Shown here piece by piece: positions 49,501 through 60,017 of a DNA stretch of 64,000 nt. The position numbers were made by a program, and so were the translations under genes. The notes beneath the pieces were generated by a model. That model was not told the DNA's origin. It did not search any database and saw only the letters and a list, made by a program, of their open reading frames with translations. Numbering within the stretch: the first letter of the stretch is position 1; every line of letters begins with the position of its first letter. Location: positions 1-64,000 of the forward strand of contig CAWAIK010000004.1 in assembly GCA_963782115.1 (NCBI GenBank). Direction: 5' to 3'. The stretch comes from an uncultured Verrucomicrobiae bacterium (GTDB taxonomy: Bacteria > Verrucomicrobiota > Verrucomicrobiia > Chthoniobacterales > JAFAMB01).

Positions 49501-52429
49501 AACGCGCAAAGTCCCCGAGACGCGCCTGTTGATCTTCCCGCAGTATCCCCGATTCGAGCGCGGCGTCATAATCTGCCAGCAGGTCATCAATGAGGCCCGC
49601 CGTGCATTTGGCTTCGATGAATGAAAGGTCGCAAAGCGTGTTTTCAAGTTCGTCCGGCATTCTGGCCTTTCGCAGTTGATACGGCAGTTCGGATAACTTA
49701 CGCAGATTGAGACTCAATCTGCCAGCACTGTCGAACTGCAGCTGTTGCTGCAAAAAATATTCCGCCAGTGCACTATGACGCCTTATTTCGGTTGCTTCAT
49801 CGAGATAGACTTTTGCCACAACCTCGCTGAATTGCTGATGGAAGAACGCAAGCAGCGAGGTGCCGTCGGCGCTTCGTTCACTCAGATAATTTTCTAGATC
49901 GTAGAATAACCGGGACCAGATCACTACCGGCAATCGGTCGGTCTTCGGAGACTTCGGAAATCTACGGCGAAAATCCTCCATGACGCATGCATCCTCTGAA
50001 AGGACATCGGTTAGTTCGTCTTCTGTTAGCCCGTTCTTCGCAGCCGCCAAAAAACCAAGACTGGCGGAAACCAGCGATCGCCCGTGCTTGGCAGGTCGTG
50101 AAAGGCGCTCGAAGAGGCCCTGCACGAGGCCTGGGATGTGGTTTTCCAAATCACGTGGCCCATCGCCTGACCGCCAGCGTCGCGCTTCTTCGAAAGCCAA
50201 TTTCAGATAAAGTGGCAGCGGTGCGCGTTCGAACCCTTCGAGCACTTTTGCGCGCTGTAGAGGCTGCAGCGTGCGTTTGGCTTGGGATAACAGCCTGCTG
50301 AGCAAGTCGCCTCCCTCGTCAGATGGCATATTGCTAAGTTGAAGAAGATCGTCTTTTGCCAGTTGCCTTTCCAACACAGCATAACCAGGCGAGTCCGATA
50401 ACATAGAAACGACGAGTCGAACGTTTGAACCGAGTTTAATCGGGAGCCAATTCAAGCTGCGCGCGTTGTTCACGTCGGAAAGCCGGTCTAACGCATCGAG
50501 GAAAAGGTACAATGGGTTGTCAGCCGGGATTTTTGTCAGCTGGTCTGAAAACTCCTGACTTAGCTGGACGTAATGCGGAAGGTTATCCGTTGGAACAGTT
50601 CGTTCCATTCGGTAGGCTCTTGAAATCTGGCCGCATAAACTTTCCAGCAAAGCCCGTCCATGCGTTGATTCCGGCGTCACCCCGATAAACCGGGAGATGA
50701 CTTGGGCTTGAGGATGTTCTCTTTGCGCAAGTGCGCCTTGCGCAAGTGCGCCAGCCCGCGCCATTAGAGTGGATTTGCCGCTGCCGGATGCGCCGCACAC
50801 TGCCAGGGGAGGCCTTTCCGCTTTCAAGTAAGCGCCAATTTTTTCCAACACCTCTGTCCGTCCGAGCAAGTCGCTTCCCTGGTCAGATGGCATATTGCTA
50901 AGTTGAAGAAGATCGTCTTTTGCCAGTTGCCTTTCCAACACAGCATAACCCGGCGAGTCCGATAATATAGAAACGATGAGTCGAACGTTTGAACCGAGTT
51001 CAATCGGGAGCCAATTCAAGCTGCGCGCGTTATTCACGTCGGAAAGCCGGTCTAGCGCATCGAGGAAAAGAAACAGCGGCTTGTCAGCCGGGATTTTTGT
51101 CAGCTGGACTGAAAACTCTTGAATCAACTCGACGTAGTCCGTTGGAATAGTGCGTCCCATTCCGTAGTCATTGGAAATCTGGCCGCATAAACTTTCCAGC
51201 AAAGCCCGTCCATGCGTTGATTCCGGCGTCACCCCGATAAACCGGGAGATGACTTGGGCTTGAGGATGTTCTCTTTGCGCAAGTGCGCCAGCCCCCGCCA
51301 TTAGAGTGGATTTGCCGCTGCCGGATGCGCCGCACACTGCCAGGGGAGGCCGGGGAGGCCTTTCCGCTTTTAAGTAAGCGTCAATTTTTTCCAACGCCTC
51401 TGTCCGTCCGGTGAATAGCCTTTCGTCGGCGCGGCTATGGAGGAAATCGCTGTGATGCTTTATTTCTGGGTCCAGAAGGTCCGCTTCCACCGGCTCCAGC
51501 TCGCAGCGGATAATTCCGGCGAGAGAGTCGTAGAAATCCTGGCAGAAGTTCGGCTGGGGCTTGCGTTGCGCGACTTTGCTTTGCGCAGATAGGGCGCTCC
51601 CTTCGTTCTTATCAGCGACCGCGCCGATGTGATCGGCGGTGACTCCCTCCCCTGTCCAATCCACGAGATATTCGTGGATATTAGCCTCGGGAAGACACCT
51701 ACGAAGTTCTTCCTTCAGGCGCTTCAAACGCAAGCAGGCTGAAACGTCATCTTCTTGACACCCTTGGAACCGAACCGGTTGAAGGTTACGAATAGTGCGG
51801 AAAAAAGCATGGACATCTTTGCCGGTGTCTTCTCTCAAAAATACTCCGCAAGCGATTTCTTGCTCGGTGGCGGAAGAGCCCAATTTTAGGATCTCGGCCC
51901 CATCAAGAGAGAGGCTGGAGCAGGCCTGTTGAAAAATCGCAAGCACTACCTGCTCATTTTGCTCCCATACTTTTGGGTCTCTGTGCTTCCCGTTCCGTGG
52001 CTTCAGCCAGTACACAGGCGGCAGAGCGTTATCGTCGCGATCATACCTTTCGTGGAGCAAGGCTAGCTCATCAGCTCCGATTCGCTCCTTCAGCTGGTTA
52101 CAGATTTTCTCGAAAAGACGGTCGGGGATTTCGTCAGGCACCGGGCGCCAGCCATAGCGGTCTCCCAAAAGAATGACAAAATTCGGGCGGGAAGTGGCTC
52201 TCTGGCAACGGGCGATCTCTTCCAAACAGATATTCATAGTCTGCTGCTCATGCGCGGCTTCATCACTTACTCCCCATCGCAAATCAATTGCTTGAAAATG
52301 CGCTCCGTGAAGCCGGCACAACTCGCGCAGCTTCGGAAAGACCAACCTTTGCAGCGCGTCTCGCTCCGCTTTAAAATCGCTAAACGTAGAACTGACAAAC
52401 ACGCGGAATGTCTTGTTAGTTGAGAGCAT
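46509..52429 (-). CDS. STAND NTPase (DUF4062, tandemly duplicated NACHT, WD40 propellers) split by one frameshift at ~47680
   Basis: RVFVSSTFSD...DLRWG...LGDRYG; GASGSGKST and LFLDALD each occur twice; many GH...WD repeats. The junction reads SWDHT|VKVWD. Confidence 0.9.
50300..51409 (-). repeat. in-frame tandem duplication of the NTPase core (546 bp plus 564 bp)
   Basis: GRTE(A/V)LEKI...NMPSD(Q/E)G(S/G)DLL repeated with long identical DNA blocks. Confidence 0.93.
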
Positions 52430-52745
52430 ACCAATACCTTACTTTCCTATGATGGCCGTCCGCATCCTTCCCAGAGATTGCCGCCAGAATGGCCGATCAG
52501 TTTCGGCACAGATTGAGACTAACTCAATATAGCGAGCAGTCGGGATGAATGCCTCCGGATATAACACTTGTGTCGCACGCATCTCCGCTCTGTTCAGGCT
52601 CTGCATTCAGATAACGGCTGCTTGCTTGTGTGAGAGCTAATCGCATCCATTGGAGACCAAAAACTTCTAGCGCGAGGATCGATGGACGCATCTATTTTTT
52701 CTTTTCGTCGAGCGCCGTGCTACGGTTTACAGGCAGCTTCTAGCA

Positions 52746-54047
52746 TTAAACCTGATCGCCAGGAAGATGATTGAAGGCTTTGCGAATCAAAGCACGTTCA
52801 TTAGCACTTGGCTTCAGCTTCTCCATAAGCCGGCAGGCCTGTTTCCAAGTCGTTGCATGCGATCCAACTTCCGAACGCGCTGTAGCTACGGCTGCATCAT
52901 AAACACGCCCCGCCTCTTGATACTTCTTTTGAATCAGGAATAGCTCGGCGACCGTCGCCGTGGCCCAATAGTCGCCAGGATGCGGTTCCGTACCGACGAT
53001 ACGCTGCACCATTTGAGCGTATTGCGCCGCGCACGCCAAATCCTCGTCATTTCCTAAGAACACGCTTTTTGCCGCAGCATTGATCCCAGTATAGTAGTCA
53101 TCTTTGGCTCGATCGAACGCCTCGACATAGAGATCTCGTGACTGCTTTAGATCGTTCACGTCGCCCGATTGTTCGTAGCGATCCATCCACGTCCTGCCGT
53201 AAATTCCAAGGGTCTCAGGATCGCGCTCGCCTTGGTAGTAAAGTTCGCCCAAAACCTCCTGTGCTGTCGTTAGGTCTCCTGGCGCCCCCCGCCTGGCCAG
53301 AGACAAAGCACGCAATTGCTTGGGGCGTATGGCCTTTGGAAAGCGTCGCTCGAGCTCTTCCACTACAGAGAGAGCCTTGTCATGATGAGCGAGTTTGGTT
53401 AGACCATCTACGACTTTGCATCCCAAAGCTGCCGCAGTTTCCCACGCTAACCCACCCTCTTTAAATAGTTGGACCAAGCGATCAGGATCTCGATTCTTAA
53501 TCGCTGCCCCGATTTTCGTACCTGCGTTTTGTGCTGTTTCGTCCTGTTGATGAGCAAAATGTACGGCTTCTTGGCTCAAAGGGAGCCCCACCAAGGCATG
53601 GAGGAGCCGCAAAAGCTCACCACCATTCGGCCCATCTGGATACGAACTGAAGTCGAGGAAGACGCGGCTTTCTACAAACTCTGGGAGTTCAGATGTATCG
53701 AGCTTAACCGGAACGAATTGAAAACCCTTCTTTTTGGTCGCCTGCCGTTCTAGTACCTGGTACTCACGCCTAACCCAGTCAGAATCCCTAGTAGCTGATG
53801 ACCAGACGAGCACCCCGGCCTGGCTCGTGCGGAGCGCGTCCTCAAGTCTGGTCTCTAACTCATCTCCCGCCTTTAGGGCGCATTGATCCAGAAAGACTCT
53901 GTGCCCTTGATGCCGCAGGACATCGTACAGGTTAAGCACCCAAGCTCTATTCACAGAGCGGTAGGAAAGAAAAACGTTCCACTGATCGACTCCAGTCAGT
54001 TCCATCGGCTTCGGCGCGAAGCTTATCCATTGCTCTGGAAGGCTCAT
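52746..54047 (-). CDS. TIR domain plus TPR-like (TPR-S/MAP3K-TRAF-binding-like) protein
   Basis: VFLSYRS...FLDQ..LKAGD...WVRREY (catalytic Glu retained); DPETLGIYGRTWMDRY, YYTGINAA and DYWATATVAE. Confidence 0.85.
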   Translation of the reverse strand: MSLPEQWISFAPKPMELTGVDQWNVFLSYRSVNRAWVLNLYDVLRHQGHRVFLDQCALKAGDELETRLEDALRTSQAGVLVWSSATRDSDWVRREYQVLERQATKKKGFQFVPVKLDTSELPEFVESRVFLDFSSYPDGPNGGELLRLLHALVGLPLSQEAVHFAHQQDETAQNAGTKIGAAIKNRDPDRLVQLFKEGGLAWETAAALGCKVVDGLTKLAHHDKALSVVEELERRFPKAIRPKQLRALSLARRGAPGDLTTAQEVLGELYYQGERDPETLGIYGRTWMDRYEQSGDVNDLKQSRDLYVEAFDRAKDDYYTGINAAAKSVFLGNDEDLACAAQYAQMVQRIVGTEPHPGDYWATATVAELFLIQKKYQEAGRVYDAAVATARSEVGSHATTWKQACRLMEKLKPSANERALIRKAFNHLPGDQV

Positions 54048-54358
54048 AACTTGGTTGATGGAAAAGGCGTCTCCCACCAAGGTTTCCGGTTTAATCCATT
54101 AAAGGTGATGGGATCTTATTACTCCGGACGTTAAGAAACAATAACCCGTTCGGGTAAGTTCGGATAGTTCATTTACTACAAAAACCAGCCAAGATCCTAT
54201 GCACGAATCCGACTCACAACGATCGCTACGTTCATTTTTCGGGCTGTCGACTCGATAACGTCGGCCCGACACCATCGCCTTCCGAAGTTGGATGCGTTGA
54301 ACCGCTGGAGGAAACGCGCTAGCCTGACTGCTGAGATTCGTGGAAAGTAAGGCGCCTC

Positions 54359-55018
54359 ATGACGCAGGGAAATCAAGAACCACTCATAGCACAGAGATTA
54401 AGTTGGACTCCGGTCTCGGGGTGCCGCCGCGGAGCCTTTCCAGTTCTCGTCGCGTTGCTGTTCCTCGGACTGGGTTGCTCGACTGTGCACCGAGAACTCG
54501 CAGTTCCTAACGTGCGACAAGCAACAGCCTACACCTGCGGCGTAGCGGCCCTTCAGGGTGTGCTCGCCTATTACGGGATGCAAACTCGCGAGGATCGCCT
54601 CGCGCGGGAAGTCGGTGCTGATCCTGACAAAGGCGTGAACCCACCGGCGATCGTCAGGGCCGCACGGGCTCGTGGTTTGACCGCTGAACTGCGGGAGGGA
54701 ATGACAGTCCGTGAGATAGCAGAGATCGTTCGCACAGGATCGCCTGTGCTTGTCGCGCTCCAAGCTTGGTCGGACAAGCCACGTTCGAGCTACCGGGAGG
54801 ATTGGGACGACGGTCACTACGCGATCATCGTTGCCGTCAACCAGGACGTTGTTGTTTTCGAAGACCCGTCGGTACTTGGCAGCCGCGCAGTACTGAGCCG
54901 ACGGGAATTCGAAGACCGCTGGCACGATACGGACGGCACGCGCCGCTACGTGCGGATGGGCATTATCTTCAGCGGCAGGACCCCTGCTCCGCCGCCGGCT
55001 CAGGTCCCGATGGAGTGA
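54359..55018 (+). CDS. peptidase C39-like protein, possibly a lipoprotein
   Basis: VRQATAYTCGVAAL (Q..C), DGHYAII (H) and FEDPS (D); hydrophobic leader ending LGC. Confidence 0.8.
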   Translation: MTQGNQEPLIAQRLSWTPVSGCRRGAFPVLVALLFLGLGCSTVHRELAVPNVRQATAYTCGVAALQGVLAYYGMQTREDRLAREVGADPDKGVNPPAIVRAARARGLTAELREGMTVREIAEIVRTGSPVLVALQAWSDKPRSSYREDWDDGHYAIIVAVNQDVVVFEDPSVLGSRAVLSRREFEDRWHDTDGTRRYVRMGIIFSGRTPAPPPAQVPME

Positions 55019-55254
55019 AGGTTCTCGCCGCATCGCGTAGTTTGCGCGCAACATCCTGGGGACAAAAACCAACGTTACGTGAGTGCGCCATGGGCGGTGT
55101 GTGGAAATTCCGCCCCGCCTCCAAGCTTGAGGGGCTGGCCCAACGCTCAGTGCATCGCCATGTCCCAGCATCGGTGTCAATAAACGCTCGAAACGTGGGT
55201 TGAACGAAGCCGCTACGCGGAGTCCATGAGTGGCGGGCGTGAGCGGTGAAGATT

Positions 55255-56180
55255 ACGAGCCAAATACATCCGGGACCTGGTCATTCATGGCCGCTCAGAA
55301 CACACTCAGGAAGCCTATACAAGGTACGTCTGTGATCTGGCACGCTATTATCGCCGTTCGCCAGAGCTGATCTCCTACGAGGAAGTCACGGGCTGGCTGT
55401 ATCATCTCATCAAGGAGCGCCAACTGTCAGCCTCCAGGTGGCTCTTTCTCGGCAAAAAAGCGGACTGTCATGACCCGCTTTACCCTGACGTTGCGTTCGC
55501 CAGTAGTTCACTAACTCTTTGAGCAAACGCTCGCTTAGCGGCAGAACGCGTCCCTTGGCGCCCTTGCCGTCACGTACTCGCAACTGCATACGGGCGCGGT
55601 CGATGTCGCTGGTCTTGAGCTGTGTGGCCTTCGAAATTCGCAGCCCGCAGCCATAGACGGTCATCAAGAGCACCCGGTGGCGCGGCTGTCTGGGCGCAGT
55701 CAAGATCGCTTCGACCTCGCGGACTGACATGGAGACGCTCTGTCCATCGGTGCAGAGCAGCGCCGAGGCTGCCCGTGACCAGTTAACCTTGGGCGGCATC
55801 CTGCGCGCTTTTTTACCCCTTCTGCTACATCTGCTCAAGTTGGGCGCCCACAAGCTGCGGGTGCTCTGGCAGCTTGCTGCCTGTGGTACACCGGCATTGG
55901 GCGCCAATCTTTTCCATCCCCTGCCAGTAAACGATGCAGGCCAGGATCAGGTTCAGGCAGCTGCAGGTATTCATCTGCTCCCACAGCTCGCGGGCGTCAA
56001 TCCGGCCCCGCCGCCCGTAAAAGACATCTCTGGCCAAGGCGTGGGTTGCTCGACCTTGAGAAGGCCGCGGCGGATTCGGCGGCGCAGCTCTGGCTCCGAG
56101 AGGTACCGGCGGAACTCAATTCCCTGATGCTAGCCAACCAGCGCAAACTTTACCCGCTCTTGTTCGACTGCGCCGCACTG
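55255..56180. mobile_element. scrambled remnants of an integrase plus IS91-type transposase element, with an embedded Tn3 tnpA fragment
   Basis: On +: IRDLVIHGRSEHTQEAY. On -: YGCGLRIS...GKGAK. On +: ACGTPALG and ELNSLMLANQRKLYPLLFDCAA. On -: RRRIRRGLLKVE and LNLILACIVYWQ. Confidence 0.7.
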
Positions 56181-56435
56181 GCCAGTATATCCTCGACCGA
56201 AAGCTCGTCCGCCAGCGCCGTCGCACAAAAAGAGTCGGCCTTAGCGTATAAAATTACACGAATCTCTCTAGTACCCTCGTTACCCCAACTTGCCATTGGC
56301 AGGACTTTTAAAACTTCCTCTAAGCGTCCAAAATCGGCTGAAGAAACATACGCCAAAACCTTTGTTGGAATTTAACCCAAGCCAACAAAGCGGCGTAAAC
56401 CCCACGGGAATCTCCCGCTCTCGGACGCGAATGCA

Positions 56436-57761
56436 TTACGGGCAATTCACGTGCTCAAATGCTTTTTGCACCAAAGCGCGCTCCTCGGCACTCGGCGCGA
56501 GCTTTTCCAGCAGACGCAAAGCTTGGACCCAAGTGGTCGCGTGCGAGGCGACCTCCTTCGGCGCCATCGCCACGGCCGCGTCGTACAGCTCGGCCGCCTT
56601 CGCAAAATCGCGTTGGATGAGTAAAGCCTCAGCTACCGTCGCGGTCTTCCAGTAGTCGTTCGGATGCTTGTCGGTGCCGACGATTTCTTGCACGCCGCGG
56701 GCGTAGGCGACGCCTTTGTCCAGCTCCTCCGGACTGCCGAGCAAGACGCTCTTCGTCGCGGCGTTGATGCCGGTGTAATAGTCGTCCTGGGCCGCCTCGA
56801 ACGCTTCGGCATACAGGTCACGCGCCTGCCGCAGATCGGCGAGGTCGCCGGATGCGTCGTAGCGGTCCATCCACGTCCGACCGTAAATGCCGAGCGTTTC
56901 CGGATCACGCTCGCGCGACTCGTAAAGCACGCCGACGATGTCCTGAGCGGCCATCAAGTCTTTCTCATACGCAGCATCTCCCGCCTTGCGCCGTTGCTGG
57001 GCGCGTCGCGCGAGCGCCAGGGCGCGAAGCTGTTTGGGCCGAATCGACCGGGGGAAGTCCTTCTCAAGCGCATCGAGCATCTGAATTGCCTCCTCGTTGC
57101 GGCCGAATTTGGTGAGCCCTTCCGCTGCCTTGCAGCCAAGCGCGGATGAGGTCTGCCAAGGCGGCCCATCATCGCTGAAGAGTTGCATGAGCCGGTCGGG
57201 GCGCCCCTGCTTGATGGCCGCGGCGATTTGTGCCGCAGCCAGTTTGCTGGCCTCATCCTGTACGTTGGCGAAGTGCGCCGCCTCCGGGCTCAATGGCTGA
57301 CCCACGATGGCATGCAGCAAGCGCAGCAGCTCGCCGCCATTGGGCCCGTCCGGGTAGGTGCTGAAATCGAGGAAGACTCGAGTGGTCGCGAAGGTGGGCA
57401 GCTCAGAGGCATCAAGCCGGACGGGCACGAATTGAAAGCTTGGCTTTTTCGTGGTCCTGGCCTCCATGGTGGAATACTCGCGGAACACCCAGTCCGAATC
57501 GGCCGCCGCGCTGGACCAGACGAGAACGCCGGCTTGGCTGCTAGTGAGTCCCGCCTCGAGGTTCTTAATCAATGGGTCTCCGGCCTTCAGCACGCATTGA
57601 TCGAGAAAGGCTTCGTGCCCGTGCGCGCGCAGGACGTCGTAGAGATTGAGCACCCACGCCCGGTTCACCGAGCGATAGGAGAGGAACACGTGGTACTTGT
57701 CACCGCCGGTGAGCGGCCGTGGCTTGGGTACGAATTTCGCCCATTCGATAGGAAAGCTCAT
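56436..57761 (-). CDS. TIR domain plus TPR-like protein (paralog of 52746-54047)
   Basis: Same motifs, including WVFREY; AAGGAG SD before the ATG. Confidence 0.88.
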   Translation of the reverse strand: MSFPIEWAKFVPKPRPLTGGDKYHVFLSYRSVNRAWVLNLYDVLRAHGHEAFLDQCVLKAGDPLIKNLEAGLTSSQAGVLVWSSAAADSDWVFREYSTMEARTTKKPSFQFVPVRLDASELPTFATTRVFLDFSTYPDGPNGGELLRLLHAIVGQPLSPEAAHFANVQDEASKLAAAQIAAAIKQGRPDRLMQLFSDDGPPWQTSSALGCKAAEGLTKFGRNEEAIQMLDALEKDFPRSIRPKQLRALALARRAQQRRKAGDAAYEKDLMAAQDIVGVLYESRERDPETLGIYGRTWMDRYDASGDLADLRQARDLYAEAFEAAQDDYYTGINAATKSVLLGSPEELDKGVAYARGVQEIVGTDKHPNDYWKTATVAEALLIQRDFAKAAELYDAAVAMAPKEVASHATTWVQALRLLEKLAPSAEERALVQKAFEHVNCP

Positions 57762-58375
57762 TGCATATCTCCTTTCGCGCGAGAAGGGACGGACACCCCG
57801 TGCGCCCGCTCACGCGCTCTCCGCTTGTAGAAGAGAGCGCAGCGCCGCGTCAATTTTCATCCACTACGCCGCAAATGGCAAACGCGACGGCACCCGGCAG
57901 CCGGGCAACGCGAGGTTTTTGGGTCGCAAGAGCGGTTTACGGAGGGTCCGGGGGCGGGATTCGCTTCCCTGAGGTGCAGTCGGGAGGCTTTGTCCAGCCA
58001 AGCCTGGATTTCCACACCTCCCAGGGAGGACCCGATCGGGTGATGCTGAGTCCATAGCAGGGGTACTATGAAGCTCACGCCAGAAAGCTCCCGCAACTCC
58101 TGTTTGAGATTTCAATCCAGATCAGGGAGAAAATTGTTCTACGCTTGGCCTGTTCGTCAGCGGATTAGGCTGATAACATCAGCCAACGGGTTCTAATCTA
58201 AAATGGGAACCGCCCGGAGAATCCGGTTGCCGCTCCCCTGCTCTCCTGCTCTTCCCTTCCCCACCCTCCTACCTATTTTCCCGGCGACTGTGAAATGTTC
58301 CAATACAGGAGCGAGCGTCCGTACGTATCCGCCTCGAAGCTTGCCGAAATTTGACTAGCCGGATAAATTGCCGAC

Positions 58376-58549
58376 ATGAGCACAGTTAACGAGATCGAGG
58401 CGGCTATTGAGAGACTGCCCTCAGACGAACTGCGCGCACTGGTAAATTGGATCGAAGAATACGCTGCGGCAATCGGCGCTTCTGAATCTCTGTTCGGAAT
58501 GTACGACCCTGAGGAGGAGCAGAGCGGTGCCGAGAGCCTGGCCATATGA
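58376..58549 (+). CDS. small (57 aa) antitoxin-like hypothetical protein, absent from the ORF track
   Basis: MSTVNEIEAAIERLPSDELRALVNWIEEY...; the stop overlaps the next ATG (ATGA). Confidence 0.55.
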   Translation: MSTVNEIEAAIERLPSDELRALVNWIEEYAAAIGASESLFGMYDPEEEQSGAESLAI

Positions 58550-58986
58550 ACGACGGGGTAGAAGCGTTTCGGTTTCGACTTCAGAAGGAGCTAGGGCTGT
58601 CAATCAGTCCGAAAGATCCGCTCCTGGCGCAGTGGCTATCGCAAAAGGAGTTGCTGGAAGAAAATGCCGCCGAACACCAGCGATTGCTGAGCGAGTTTCA
58701 AGCTGCACTTGGCCGGAATCAAACCGCTTGGTCCGAGCAGGCGAAAGCGCTCGCACAGCAGAGCTTAAACGCCGGGCTGCAGGCAGCTCAAAATAGCACG
58801 GCGTTACTGCTTGAGGAAGCGGCCCGGATGAACGCAGCGGCGGTGCGCAAGGCGATCGACGAGGGCGCTAGCCGGATAGAGCATTCGTTGGCGGCCGGCC
58901 GCCGGATCGCTTGGCTGAGTTTGACGGCCGCGGTCATGGCTTTAGCAGCGGTGGTCTGCGCCATCGTTGTGCACGTGATTCACTGA
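58546..58986 (+). CDS. IncP TraM-like protein (coiled coil plus C-terminal TM)
   Basis: ELGLSISPKDPLL...WSEQAKALAQQSLNAGL resembles TraM-type proteins; recognised from memory. Confidence 0.5.
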   Translation: MNDGVEAFRFRLQKELGLSISPKDPLLAQWLSQKELLEENAAEHQRLLSEFQAALGRNQTAWSEQAKALAQQSLNAGLQAAQNSTALLLEEAARMNAAAVRKAIDEGASRIEHSLAAGRRIAWLSLTAAVMALAAVVCAIVVHVIH

Positions 58987-59285
58987 ATAGGATTGGTTTG
59001 AAAAAAATGCGAGACGAAAGCAGCGGGAGGAGTGCCGTTTGACAAAGGAAGTGGAACGACGGTGCCTCCATCGGCTTGGGTAGCGTAGCATGGCTCAAAC
59101 CGACAACATCCTCGATTACATTCGGGCTGGACCAGATTAATGAGAATAGCCACTTTTCCTTCAGGGTGGCTCTCGATGGAGTTCGGTTGATTCCGATTCT
59201 CAACGCGCCGTCTTTTTCGAGCAGGAAGTCTTCCCTTCATCGCGATCCATAGCGATAATCTGGCCAAGTGGATCGGGGCCACCGT

Positions 59286-59825
59286 ATGAAAAGTCTTTCT
59301 TTCCCATAGCACGAATGATAAGCAATTCGTGCAGAGCCCCTCGCTGACGAACTCAAACGCGAGCCAGATCGAGCCGTGGCTCTGCGAGATCGATATTGAA
59401 TTGGGCGATAATTTCGTTGCAGAAATCGAGGAAGGTCTGCGCGACCACGCCCTTATTGCGGTCATGGTCTACAGCTTCGCTCGCGTCTCGGCCCGTCGTG
59501 GGCCTGAAAGTGGAAGATTATTTCCCGCTCAAAAAAACTGTTCCGCGCTGCTATTGGGAGGACGGGCAAGCTTTCCGACCGGCCGATGTCGCGCGTCGAT
59601 GCGTGGTACATGGTGCGCAGGCGCACAGCAGATGTCGGAATCGACGCGGCGATAGGCAATCATTCCTTCCGCGCCATCGGCATCACTGACTATATGGAAA
59701 ACGGCGGGAACATTACCATTGCGCAGTGCATGGCCGGACACGCCAATATTAAAACGACGCAGGTTATGACCGGCGCGCTGATAAGATCAGTTTCAGCGAG
59801 ATTGAGCGGGTGGGGATTTGAGAGC
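59286..59825 (+). pseudogene. chimera of a TIR-domain 5' remnant and tyrosine-recombinase 3' remnants
   Basis: KVFLSHSTNDKQFV...PWLCEIDIELGDNFVAEIEEGLRD joined to HALIAVMVYSFARVSA...GNHSFRAIGIT...MAGHANIKTT. Confidence 0.65.
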
Positions 59826-60017
59826 GAACTTACGGTCAGGATTTGAAAGGGCGAAGTCGCTGTATTGCTGAGGAGTTGTCGACCGTCGAAAGGCTAGGCT
59901 AGGCCTGGTTTATGAAAATCGGGCCGTGCGCGTTTGAACGAGTCAAGCCTCATCGACAACGATGCCGGAGTCGTCGAAGCTGAAAACCTCATGCTCGACG
60001 TTGTCGGCCCAGAGGGA

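Noticed and set aside
54398..55180. 260-aa minus-strand ORF
   Set aside because: It is antisense to the motif-bearing C39-like peptidase.
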